A stretch of 64,000 bases of DNA. Source: Escherichia coli. Its GTDB lineage: Bacteria; Pseudomonadota; Gammaproteobacteria; Enterobacterales; Enterobacteriaceae. Below are positions 29,390-38,902 of this stretch, piece by piece. The DNA lies in the NCBI RefSeq assembly GCF_003334305.1, contig NZ_QOWS01000009.1; one strand, given 5' to 3'. Each line of letters starts with the position of its first letter. Position 1 is the first letter of the stretch. The translations under genes were made by a program, and so were the position numbers. The notes under the pieces were generated by a model that saw only the letters and a program-made list of their open reading frames with translations, ran no database searches and had not been told where the DNA came from.

Positions 29390-30574
29390 TTAAACGGGCT
29401 GCCCCTGATGCGACATCCGCGTCGCCAGCGGCAGCCAGCACAGCACGATCAACAATCCCATTAAGGTCATCAACAACCCCAGGCTGCCCTGACCGGTTTG
29501 CGGCAACATCGCAGAGAGCGACGCCAGCACGCCGGAACCAATGTTTTGCAGACCGCCGACCAGCGCGCCAGCCGTGCCCGCCAGGAAGGGGAACGGCTCC
29601 ATCGCGCCGCTGGTCGCCAGCGGAAACAGCATCCCGGCACCGAAAAAGAACAGCGCGGCGGGAACGAGCAGCGTCCAGACATTCATCACGCCAAACCAGT
29701 CGGGGATCCACATCAGCAAGCCAGCCAGCAGGCAGCAGATAACCGACTGCCACATTAACGTGGAGAAGCGTTTATTGGGACGTCCGGCAAACCATGCGCC
29801 AAAAAACGCTGCCGGAATCGGCAGAATAAACAAAATACTGACCGTCATACTGCTCAGCCCTAACACCGCGCCCATCAGCACGCCGGAGCAGGCTTCAAAG
29901 GCGGCAATCCCGGCCAGACCGCCAATCAGCATCAGCAAATAACAGTTAAAACCGCTGTTACCGAAAAGCGTTTTATAACTGGTAAGCAGGCGCGTGCGCG
30001 GTGCATCGACCGGACGCGTTTCCGGCATCCAGCGGGCCATACTGAAGGTCACACCAGCACAAAGAACCAACAAAAAGAGATAACAGGCGCGCCAGTTCCA
30101 CATCGTATCCAGCAGACCGCCGATTAGCGGTGCGAGCAACGGACTGACGAGAATCCCCATGTTTAACAGGCTGTTAGCATGGCGCAACTGTGTCCGTTCA
30201 TATAAATCTCGCGGCAAAGTACGCGCCATTACGCCGCCAACGCCGGTGCCCATCCCCTGCATCGCGCTGGCGGCAATCAACACCGTCAAACTGGAGGTCG
30301 TGACCGCGACCAGCGTTGCCAGCATAAAAATGGACATTCCGACGAGGATCACCGGTCGGCGGCCCACGCGGTCGGAAATCGGGCCATAAAACAGCTGTGA
30401 GACACCGTAAGTCAGCAGATAAGCGCCCATTACGCTCTGCACCGCCCCTTCACGGACGTTGAGATCGCGCGCCATATCGGCAATAGCTGGAATATAAATG
30501 GTTTGCGCCATCTGACCGACGGCCACGAGTAATACCAACATCAATAACAAATTGACGTTTCTTTGCCTTTTCAT
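29390..30574 (-). CDS. emrD: Multidrug efflux MFS transporter EmrD
   Basis: Track ORF 29390..30580; start at MKRQRNVNLLLM to give 394 aa. Confidence 0.9.
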   Translation of the reverse strand: MKRQRNVNLLLMLVLLVAVGQMAQTIYIPAIADMARDLNVREGAVQSVMGAYLLTYGVSQLFYGPISDRVGRRPVILVGMSIFMLATLVAVTTSSLTVLIAASAMQGMGTGVGGVMARTLPRDLYERTQLRHANSLLNMGILVSPLLAPLIGGLLDTMWNWRACYLFLLVLCAGVTFSMARWMPETRPVDAPRTRLLTSYKTLFGNSGFNCYLLMLIGGLAGIAAFEACSGVLMGAVLGLSSMTVSILFILPIPAAFFGAWFAGRPNKRFSTLMWQSVICCLLAGLLMWIPDWFGVMNVWTLLVPAALFFFGAGMLFPLATSGAMEPFPFLAGTAGALVGGLQNIGSGVLASLSAMLPQTGQGSLGLLMTLMGLLIVLCWLPLATRMSHQGQPV

Positions 30575-30763
30575 TATCACGGATGCTTTTATAAAAATAA
30601 TTAGAATAAGTCACTACGCATTCCCATAAATGCGGGAGAGGAATCTATCACATTGATGAATGTTAGCCAGATATACGCCAGGAATGGGGAATTGTTTAGC
30701 GGCAGAATATGTAAACAAAAGCGGCAATAAATGTTGCCGGGAGGGATTACGTGCGAACTGTAA

Positions 30764-30861
30764 CCCTCTCCCCAAAGGGGCGAGGGGGAAACCACCGTTC
30801 CCTTTCAGAAAATGAGCTAAACATTGCACGGGACGGTCCCCTCGCCCCTTTGGGGAGAGGG
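30764..30861. repeat. Inverted-repeat element: 24-bp perfect arms separated by about 50 bp
   Basis: ccctctccccaaaggggcgagggg (30764-30787) is the exact reverse complement of cccctcgcccctttggggagaggg (30838-30861). Confidence 0.7.
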
Positions 30862-30944
30862 CTAGGGTGAGGGGCACAGGCAGCGCAGGTGCAAACATTC
30901 TGCTGGTAGAAGAAGCCCCCAACTCCAACCCGCACGCTAAATAT

Positions 30945-30974
30945 AAAAGGGGAGCGGTTACCCGCTCCCCTTTG
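30945..30974 (-). terminator. Rho-independent terminator of tisAB (bidirectional hairpin)
   Basis: aaaaggggagcgg-tta-cccgctcccctttt about 20 nt downstream of the tisB stop. Confidence 0.7.
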
Positions 30975-30992
30975 GTGCGACTTGAATCTGAA

Positions 30993-31082
30993 TTACTTCA
31001 GGTATTTCAGAACAGCATCAAGCAGTTGCAGTGCTGCAACAATGAGTTTGAGGATAAGAATGGCGATATCCACCAGGCTCAT
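30993..31082 (-). CDS. tisB: SOS-induced type I toxin TisB (29-aa membrane peptide)
   Basis: Minus-strand translation MSLVDIAILILKLIVAALQLLDAVLKYLK with AGGAG SD; too short for the ORF track. Confidence 0.85.
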   Translation of the reverse strand: MSLVDIAILILKLIVAALQLLDAVLKYLK

Positions 31083-31338
31083 ACGCGTCTCCTGTGGTTC
31101 AGGAGCACTGCCAGCTGACGTACCTTTCCGCTGCCTGTTGCCAGCTGTTGTGCACGCGGTATCTTAAGGAGAAACGTTGTGCTTGTTGACATAACACAGT
31201 GTGCTCACGCGGGGTTAAGGCGCTGACGGCACCACCCGTTTCAGCCAGGACTTAGTGCGCCGGGTAACGATGCGGCCCCCGCATAACACATTGCGTACAG
31301 TGATATTATAGAAGTTTACTGTATAAATAAACAGTAAT

Positions 31339-31354
31339 ATTTGGACAAAACGCA
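31339..31354. promoter_or_regulatory. LexA box (SOS operator) between the divergent tisAB and istR promoters
   Basis: CTGTATAAATAAACAG fits CTG-N10-CAG; a perfect TATAAT -10 for the leftward tisAB promoter lies about 10 bp away on the minus strand. Confidence 0.75.
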
Positions 31355-31442
31355 AACTGTGATCGATACTCAACTATGCCCTAAATACGTCAAAATTCGT
31401 GCCGAAATTGCGCGTTCTGCGCGGAACACGTATACTTTCAGT

Positions 31443-31518
31443 GTTGACATAATACAGTGTGCTTTGCGGTTACCAGCCGCAGGCGGCTGATGAAACCTCG
31501 CTCCGGCGGGGTTTTTTG
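31443..31518 (+). ncRNA. istR: IstR-1 antitoxin sRNA (longer IstR-2 isoform would start upstream, near 31370-31380)
   Basis: About 75-nt unit ending in an intrinsic terminator (GC-rich stem plus tttttt at 31512-31517); its 5' 20 nt ttgacataatacagtgtgct is near-identical to 31189-31208 in the tisAB leader, so the two RNAs are complementary; TATACT -10 at about 31432. Confidence 0.6.
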
Positions 31519-31646
31519 TTACCTGCAATTCAGTACAAAACGTGATCAGCCCCTCAATTTTCCCTTGCTGAAAAATTTTCCATTGTCTCCCCTGTAAAGC
31601 TGTGCTTGTATAAATATTGTTAAACACAAAACCAACAAGGTCCCCA

Positions 31647-31745
31647 ATGACTACTTCCATGTTCAACGCAAAACTACTACCAACTGCGCTATCCGCCGCA
31701 GTGGTCGTCGTGCGTGTGGTGGTGGTCGTCGGCAATGCGCCGTAG
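31647..31745 (+). CDS. ivbL: ilvB operon leader peptide (Val/Leu-rich)
   Basis: MTTSMFNAKLLPTAPSAAVVVVRVVVVVGNAP, 32 aa; located by hand. Confidence 0.85.
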   Translation: MTTSMFNAKLLPTALSAAVVVVRVVVVVGNAP

Positions 31746-31769
31746 GGACTGGAACAACACACGATTCCA

Positions 31770-31806
31770 AAACCCCGCCGGCGCAAACCGGGCGGGGTTT
31801 TTCGTT
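31770..31806 (+). terminator. ilvBN attenuator terminator
   Basis: aaaaccccgccggcgcaaaccgggcggggttttt hairpin plus T-run between ivbL and ilvB. Confidence 0.75.
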
Positions 31807-31850
31807 TAAGCACCTCCCGGAAAGTCGGCCCAGAAGAAAAGGACTGGAGC

Positions 31851-33539
31851 ATGGCAAGTTCGGGCACAACATCGACGCGTAAGCGCTTTACCGGCGCAGA
31901 ATTTATCGTTCATTTCCTGGAACAGCAGGGCATTAAGATTGTGACGGGCATTCCGGGCGGTTCTATCCTGCCTGTTTACGATGCCTTAAGCCAAAGCACG
32001 CAAATCCGCCATATTCTGGCCCGTCATGAACAGGGCGCGGGATTTATCGCTCAGGGGATGGCGCGCACCGACGGTAAACCGGCGGTCTGTATGGCCTGTA
32101 GCGGACCGGGTGCGACTAACCTGGTGACCGCCATTGCCGATGCGCGGCTGGACTCCATCCCGCTGATTTGCATCACCGGTCAGGTTCCCGCCTCGATGAT
32201 CGGCACCGACGCCTTCCAGGAAGTGGACACCTACGGCATCTCTATCCCCATCACCAAACACAACTATCTGGTCAGACATATCGAAGAACTCCCGCAGGTC
32301 ATGAGCGATGCCTTCCGCATTGCGCAATCAGGCCGCCCAGGCCCGGTGTGGATAGACATTCCTAAGGATGTGCAAACGGCAGTTTTTGAGATTGAAACAC
32401 AGCCCGCTATGGCAGAAAAAGCCGCCGCCCCCGCCTTTAGCGAAGAAAGCATTCGTGACGCAGCGGCGATGATTAACGCTGCCAAACGCCCGGTGCTTTA
32501 TCTGGGCGGCGGTGTGATCAATGCGCCCGCACGGGTGCGTGAACTGGCGGAGAAAGCGCAACTGCCTACCACCATGACTTTAATGGCGCTGGGCATGTTG
32601 CCAAAAGCGCATCCGTTGTCGCTGGGTATGCTGGGGATGCACGGCGTGCGCAGCACCAACTATATTTTGCAGGAGGCGGATTTGTTGATAGTGCTCGGTG
32701 CGCGTTTTGATGACCGGGCGATTGGCAAAACCGAGCAGTTCTGTCCGAATGCCAAAATTATTCATGTCGATATCGATCGCGCAGAGCTGGGTAAAATCAA
32801 GCAGCCGCATGTGGCGATTCAGGCGGATGTTGATGACGTGCTGGCGCAATTGATCCCGCAGGTGGAAGCGCAACCGCGTGCAGAGTGGCACCAGTTGGTA
32901 GCGGATTTGCAGCGCGAATTCCCGTGTCCAATCCCGAAAGCGTGCGATCCATTAAGCCATTACGGCCTGATCAACGCCGTTGCCGCCTGTGTCGATGACA
33001 ATGCGATTATCACCACCGATGTGGGTCAGCATCAGATGTGGACCGCGCAAGCTTATCCGCTCAATCGCCCACGCCAGTGGCTGACCTCCGGTGGGCTGGG
33101 CACGATGGGTTTTGGCCTGCCTGCGGCGATTGGCGCGGCGCTGGCGAACCCGGATCGCAAAGTGTTGTGTTTCTCCGGCGACGGCAGCCTGATGATGAAT
33201 ATTCAGGAGATGGCGACCGCCAGTGAAAATCAGCTGGATGTCAAAATCATTCTGATGAACAACGAAGCGCTGGGGCTGGTGCATCAGCAACAGAGTCTGT
33301 TCTACGAGCAAGGCGTTTTTGCCGCCACCTATCCGGGCAAAATCAACTTTATGCAGATTGCCGCCGGATTCGGCCTCGAAACCTGTGATTTGAATAACGA
33401 AGCCGATCCGCAGGCTGCATTGCAGGAAATCATCAATCGCCCTGGCCCGGCGCTGATCCATGTGCGCATTGATGCCGAAGAAAAAGTTTACCCGATGGTG
33501 CCGCCAGGTGCGGCGAATACTGAAATGGTGGGGGAATAA
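31851..33539 (+). CDS. ilvB: Acetolactate synthase I large subunit
   Basis: 562-aa ThDP-enzyme ORF downstream of the ivbL attenuator. Confidence 0.95.
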   Translation: MASSGTTSTRKRFTGAEFIVHFLEQQGIKIVTGIPGGSILPVYDALSQSTQIRHILARHEQGAGFIAQGMARTDGKPAVCMACSGPGATNLVTAIADARLDSIPLICITGQVPASMIGTDAFQEVDTYGISIPITKHNYLVRHIEELPQVMSDAFRIAQSGRPGPVWIDIPKDVQTAVFEIETQPAMAEKAAAPAFSEESIRDAAAMINAAKRPVLYLGGGVINAPARVRELAEKAQLPTTMTLMALGMLPKAHPLSLGMLGMHGVRSTNYILQEADLLIVLGARFDDRAIGKTEQFCPNAKIIHVDIDRAELGKIKQPHVAIQADVDDVLAQLIPQVEAQPRAEWHQLVADLQREFPCPIPKACDPLSHYGLINAVAACVDDNAIITTDVGQHQMWTAQAYPLNRPRQWLTSGGLGTMGFGLPAAIGAALANPDRKVLCFSGDGSLMMNIQEMATASENQLDVKIILMNNEALGLVHQQQSLFYEQGVFAATYPGKINFMQIAAGFGLETCDLNNEADPQAALQEIINRPGPALIHVRIDAEEKVYPMVPPGAANTEMVGE

Positions 33540-33542
33540 GCC

Positions 33543-33833
33543 ATGCAAAACACAACTCATAACAACGTAATTCTGGAGCTCACCGTTCGCAACCATCCGG
33601 GCGTAATGACCCACGTTTGTGGCCTTTTTGCCCGCCGCGCTTTTAACGTTGAAGGCATTCTTTGTCTGCCGATTCAGGACAGCGACAAAAGCCATATCTG
33701 GCTACTGGTCAATGACGACCAGCGTCTGGAGCAGATGATAAGCCAAATCGATAAGCTGGAAGATGTCGTGAAAGTGCAGCGTAATCAGTCCGATCCGACG
33801 ATGTTTAACAAGATCGCGGTGTTTTTTCAGTAA
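33543..33833 (+). CDS. ilvN: Acetolactate synthase I small (regulatory) subunit
   Basis: 96-aa ACT-domain ORF. Confidence 0.95.
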
Positions 33834-33855
33834 CCGCTCAAGGCTTGAACAACAT

Positions 33856-33889
33856 CGCGCTTATCGTTAAGGTAAGCGCGTTTTTTTTT
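33856..33889 (+). terminator. Rho-independent terminator of ilvBN
   Basis: Hairpin cgcgcttatcgttaaggtaagcgcg followed by a 9-T run. Confidence 0.8.
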
Positions 33890-33907
33890 ACCCGCCAGGA
33901 CAAGACC

Positions 33908-34498
33908 ATGATCACCGTTGCCCTTATAGACGATCACCTCATCGTCCGCTCCGGCTTTGCGCAGCTGCTGGGGCTGGAACCTGATTTGCAGGTAGTTGCC
34001 GAGTTTGGTTCGGGGCGCGAGGCGCTGGCGGGGCTGCCGGGGCGCGGTGTGCAGGTGTGTATTTGCGATATCTCCATGCCCGATATCTCCGGTCTGGAAC
34101 TGCTAAGCCAGCTGCCGAAAGGTATGGCGACAATAATGCTCTCTGTTCATGACAGTCCGGCGCTGGTTGAGCAGGCGCTTAACGCGGGGGCGCGCGGCTT
34201 TCTCTCCAAACGCTGTAGCCCTGACGAACTGATTGCGGCGGTGCATACGGTTGCTACGGGCGGCTGTTATCTGACGCCGGATATTGCCATTAAACTGGCA
34301 TCCGGTCGTCAGGACCCGCTGACCAAACGTGAACGCCAGGTGGCGGAAAAACTGGCGCAAGGAATGGCGGTGAAAGAGATTGCCGCCGAACTGGGCTTGT
34401 CACCGAAAACGGTACACGTCCATCGCGCCAATCTGATGGAAAAACTGGGCGTCAGTAACGACGTAGAACTGGCGCGCCGCATGTTTGATGGCTGGTGA
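33908..34498 (+). CDS. uhpA: Response regulator UhpA (NarL/LuxR family)
   Basis: Track ORF 33845..34498; start at [16 protein letters not shown] to give 196 aa. Confidence 0.9.
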
Positions 34499-36000
34499 TG
34501 AAGACGTTGTTCTCCCGCTTAATTACCGTTATTGCCTGCTTTTTTATCTTCTCTGCCGCATGGTTTTGCCTGTGGAGTATCAGCCTGCACCTGGTTGAGC
34601 GCCCTGATATGGCGGTGCTGTTATTTCCGTTTGGTCTGCGGCTAGGGCTAATGCTGCAATGCCCGCGCGGATACTGGCCCGTATTGCTGGGTGCGGAATG
34701 GCTGCTAATTTACTGGCTAACGCAGGCGGTCGGTTTAACCCATTTTCCGTTATTGATGATCGGTAGTTTACTGACGTTACTGCCCGTAGCGCTGATCTCG
34801 CGCTATCGCCATCAGCGTGACTGGCGCACCTTGCTGTTACAGGGGGCGGCGTTAACGGCGGCGGCGTTGTTGCAGTCGCTGCCCTGGCTTTGGCACGGCA
34901 AAGAGTCGTGGAATGCGCTGTTGCTGACTTTAACTGGCGGCCTGACGCTGGCCCCGATATGTCTGGTGTTCTGGCACTATCTCGCCAATAACACCTGGCT
35001 GCCGCTCGGCCCGTCACTGGTTTCTCAACCGATCAACTGGCGCGGGCGGCATCTGGTCTGGTACTTGCTGTTGTTTGTTATTAGTCTCTGGCTCCAGTTG
35101 GGATTGCCGGACGAACTGTCGCGCTTTACGCCATTCTGCCTGGCGCTGCCGATTATCGCGCTGGCCTGGCACTACGGTTGGCAAGGGGCGCTGATCGCGA
35201 CGTTGATGAACGCCATCGCGCTGATCGCCAGTCAAACCTGGCGCGATCATCCGGTGGATTTATTGCTCTCGTTGCTGGTGCAAAGTCTGACAGGGTTGTT
35301 ACTGGGCGCTGGCATCCAGCGGTTGCGTGAACTTAACCAGTCGCTGCAAAAGGAACTGGCGCGCAATCAGCATCTGGCTGAACGGTTGCTGGAAACCGAA
35401 GAGAGCGTGCGTCGTGATGTGGCGCGTGAGCTGCATGATGATATCGGTCAGACCATCACTGCTATTCGTACTCAGGCGGGCATTGTTCAGCGGCTGGCGG
35501 CAGATAACGCCAGCGTGAAGCAGAGCGGGCAGCTCATCGAACAACTATCGCTGGGCGTTTACGACGCGGTGCGCCGTTTGTTGGGTCGGTTACGTCCGCG
35601 CCAGTTGGATGATCTCACCCTGGAGCAGGCCATCCGCTCACTGATGCGGGAAATGGAGCTGGAAGGGCGCGGTATTGTCAGCCATCTCGAATGGCGAATC
35701 GATGAATCAGCATTAAGTGAAAACCAGCGCGTGACGCTGTTTCGTGTCTGCCAGGAAGGGCTGAACAACATTGTGAAACATGCTGATGCCAGCGCGGTCA
35801 CGCTGCAAGGCTGGCAGCAGGATGAACGGTTGATGCTGGTTATTGAAGACGATGGCAGCGGTTTGCCGCCGGGTTCCGGGCAACAAGGTTTTGGCCTCAC
35901 CGGAATGCGCGAGCGCGTAACGGCGCTGGGTGGCACATTACACATTTCCTGTCTGCACGGCACGCGTGTCAGCGTTTCTCTACCTCAACGCTATGTCTAA
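34498..36000 (+). CDS. uhpB: Sensor histidine kinase UhpB
   Basis: 500-aa membrane histidine kinase; track ORF starts one codon upstream. Confidence 0.9.
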
Positions 36001-36009
36001 GGTTTGATG

Positions 36010-37329
36010 ATGTTGCCGTTTCTGAAAGCGCCTGCCGATGCGCCATTAATGACTGATAAATATGAAATTGATGCCCGCTATCGCTACTGGCGTCGGCATA
36101 TTCTGCTGACCATCTGGCTGGGTTATGCGCTGTTTTACTTCACGCGGAAAAGTTTTAACGCCGCCGTACCAGAAATCCTTGCTAACGGCGTGCTCAGCCG
36201 TAGCGATATCGGCCTGTTAGCGACCCTGTTTTACATTACCTATGGCGTGTCGAAGTTTGTCTCCGGCATTGTCAGCGATCGCTCAAATGCCCGTTATTTT
36301 ATGGGGATAGGGCTTATCGCCACGGGCATTATCAACATTCTGTTTGGCTTCTCGACGTCGCTATGGGCGTTTGCCGTGCTCTGGGTGCTGAACGCCTTTT
36401 TCCAGGGCTGGGGTTCACCGGTGTGTGCGCGTCTGTTAACGGCCTGGTATTCACGTACCGAGCGCGGCGGTTGGTGGGCATTATGGAACACGGCGCATAA
36501 CGTCGGCGGCGCACTCATTCCCATTGTGATGGCAGCGGCTGCACTACATTACGGCTGGCGTGCCGGGATGATGATTGCTGGTTGTATGGCGATCGTCGTG
36601 GGAATTTTTCTCTGCTGGCGGCTGCGCGATCGCCCGCAGGCGTTAGGTTTACCGGCGGTCGGTGAATGGCGACACGACGCGCTGGAGATAGCTCAACAAC
36701 AAGAAGGGGCAGGGCTGACGCGTAAAGAGATCCTCACCAAATATGTGTTGCTGAATCCGTATATCTGGCTGCTTTCGTTTTGCTATGTGCTGGTCTATGT
36801 GGTCCGGGCGGCAATCAACGACTGGGGCAATTTGTATATGTCCGAGACGCTGGGCGTCGATCTGGTCACGGCGAATACGGCAGTGACGATGTTTGAACTG
36901 GGCGGATTTATCGGTGCGCTGGTAGCCGGTTGGGGCTCGGACAAATTGTTTAACGGCAACCGTGGGCCGATGAATTTGATTTTCGCCGCCGGAATTTTGC
37001 TTTCAGTCGGCTCGCTGTGGCTGATGCCATTTGCCAGCTACGTGATGCAGGCAACCTGCTTCTTCACCATTGGTTTTTTTGTCTTTGGCCCGCAGATGTT
37101 AATCGGCATGGCGGCGGCAGAGTGTTCCCACAAAGAGGCGGCAGGGGCGGCGACGGGGTTTGTCGGCTTGTTTGCTTATCTGGGGGCGTCGCTTGCTGGT
37201 TGGCCGCTGGCGAAAGTACTCGATACCTGGCACTGGAGCGGATTTTTTGTGGTTATCTCTATCGCCGCCGGGATTTCCGCACTGCTGTTACTGCCCTTTT
37301 TGAACGCCCAGGCACCGCGCGAAGCGTGA
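36010..37329 (+). CDS. uhpC: Membrane sensor UhpC (MFS, glucose-6-phosphate receptor)
   Basis: 439 aa from MLPFLKAPADAPLMTDKYEIDARYRYW. Confidence 0.9.
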   Translation: MLPFLKAPADAPLMTDKYEIDARYRYWRRHILLTIWLGYALFYFTRKSFNAAVPEILANGVLSRSDIGLLATLFYITYGVSKFVSGIVSDRSNARYFMGIGLIATGIINILFGFSTSLWAFAVLWVLNAFFQGWGSPVCARLLTAWYSRTERGGWWALWNTAHNVGGALIPIVMAAAALHYGWRAGMMIAGCMAIVVGIFLCWRLRDRPQALGLPAVGEWRHDALEIAQQQEGAGLTRKEILTKYVLLNPYIWLLSFCYVLVYVVRAAINDWGNLYMSETLGVDLVTANTAVTMFELGGFIGALVAGWGSDKLFNGNRGPMNLIFAAGILLSVGSLWLMPFASYVMQATCFFTIGFFVFGPQMLIGMAAAECSHKEAAGAATGFVGLFAYLGASLAGWPLAKVLDTWHWSGFFVVISIAAGISALLLLPFLNAQAPREA

Positions 37330-37356
37330 TGCATCTCACCTTTTCACTTCATATCC

Positions 37357-37390
37357 GGCAAAACTAAGAAATTTTCCAGGTTTTGCCTGG
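37357..37390. promoter_or_regulatory. Inverted repeat in the uhpT promoter region (candidate UhpA site)
   Basis: ggcaaaac-N16-gttttgcc about 80-110 bp upstream of the uhpT ATG. Confidence 0.4.
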
Positions 37391-37466
37391 ACGCTATCTC
37401 AGGCCTGATTTGCTGCTGATTTTTACAATGCATGCCTCACGCAGGTATTCATTTCAGGAGTAACCC

Positions 37467-38858
37467 ATGCTGGCTTTCTTAAACCAGGTTCGCAAGCCGA
37501 CCCTGGACCTTCCGCTCGAAGTGCGGCGCAAAATGTGGTTCAAACCGTTCATGCAATCCTACCTGGTGGTCTTTATCGGCTACCTGACGATGTACCTGAT
37601 TCGCAAGAACTTTAACATCGCGCAGAACGACATGATTTCGACCTACGGGTTGAGCATGACGCAACTGGGGATGATCGGCCTGGGTTTCTCCATCACTTAT
37701 GGCGTGGGTAAAACGCTGGTTTCCTACTACGCCGACGGCAAAAACACCAAACAATTCCTGCCGTTTATGCTTATCCTGTCTGCCATTTGTATGCTGGGCT
37801 TCAGTGCCAGTATGGGCAGCGGCTCGGTTAGCCTGTTCCTGATGATTGCCTTCTACGCCTTAAGCGGCTTTTTCCAGAGTACCGGCGGTTCGTGCAGTTA
37901 CTCCACCATCACCAAATGGACGCCGCGTCGTAAACGCGGGACATTCCTCGGTTTCTGGAATATTTCTCACAACCTTGGCGGTGCAGGCGCAGCAGGTGTG
38001 GCGCTGTTCGGGGCAAATTACCTGTTCGATGGCCATGTCATCGGCATGTTTATCTTCCCGTCGATTATCGCGCTGATTGTCGGTTTTATCGGCCTGCGTT
38101 ACGGTAGCGACTCCCCGGAATCTTATGGCCTCGGCAAAGCTGAAGAACTGTTCGGCGAGGAGATCAGCGAAGAGGACAAAGAGACAGAATCTACCGATAT
38201 GACCAAGTGGCAGATCTTTGTTGAGTATGTGCTGAAAAACAAAGTGATCTGGCTGCTGTGCTTCGCCAACATTTTCCTCTATGTGGTACGTATTGGTATC
38301 GACCAGTGGTCAACCGTATACGCGTTCCAGGAACTGAAACTCTCTAAAGCGGTGGCGATTCAGGGCTTTACGCTGTTTGAAGCTGGTGCGCTGGTCGGTA
38401 CGCTGCTGTGGGGCTGGCTCTCTGACCTGGCGAACGGTCGCCGTGGCCTGGTGGCCTGCATCGCGCTGGCGTTGATTATCGCCACGCTCGGTGTGTATCA
38501 ACATGCCAGCAACGAATATATCTATCTGGCTTCTCTCTTTGCGTTGGGTTTCCTGGTCTTTGGCCCGCAATTGTTGATTGGTGTGGCTGCTGTTGGCTTT
38601 GTACCTAAAAAAGCGATTGGCGCTGCCGATGGTATTAAAGGCACCTTTGCTTACCTGATTGGTGACAGCTTTGCCAAGTTAGGTCTGGGAATGATTGCCG
38701 ATGGGACGCCGGTATTCGGCCTTACCGGCTGGGCAGGCACATTCGCCGCACTTGATATCGCCGCGATTGGTTGTATCTGCCTGATGGCGATAGTGGCGGT
38801 GATGGAAGAACGCAAAATCCGCCGCGAGAAAAAAATTCAGCAGTTGACAGTGGCATAA
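37467..38858 (+). CDS. uhpT: Hexose-phosphate:phosphate antiporter UhpT (MFS)
   Basis: 463-aa [27 protein letters not shown]. Confidence 0.95.
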
Positions 38859-38877
38859 ACGTAACTGGTGACTTTTG

Positions 38878-38902
38878 CCCGGCATGACGCCGGGCTTTTT
38901 TA
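38878..38902. terminator. Bidirectional terminator between uhpT and ade
   Basis: Hairpin gcccggcatgacgccgggc followed by tttttt. Confidence 0.7.

Noticed and set aside
30614-30928. 104-aa minus-strand ORF covering the inverted-repeat element
   Set aside because: The frame runs through both arms of a perfect palindrome and the tisAB terminator; more likely non-coding structured DNA or RNA
31370-31867. 165-aa minus-strand ORF spanning the istR, ivbL and ilvB start region
   Set aside because: It overlaps an sRNA, a leader peptide, an attenuator and the ilvB start on the opposite strand; the translation is low-complexity (Thr/Arg runs)
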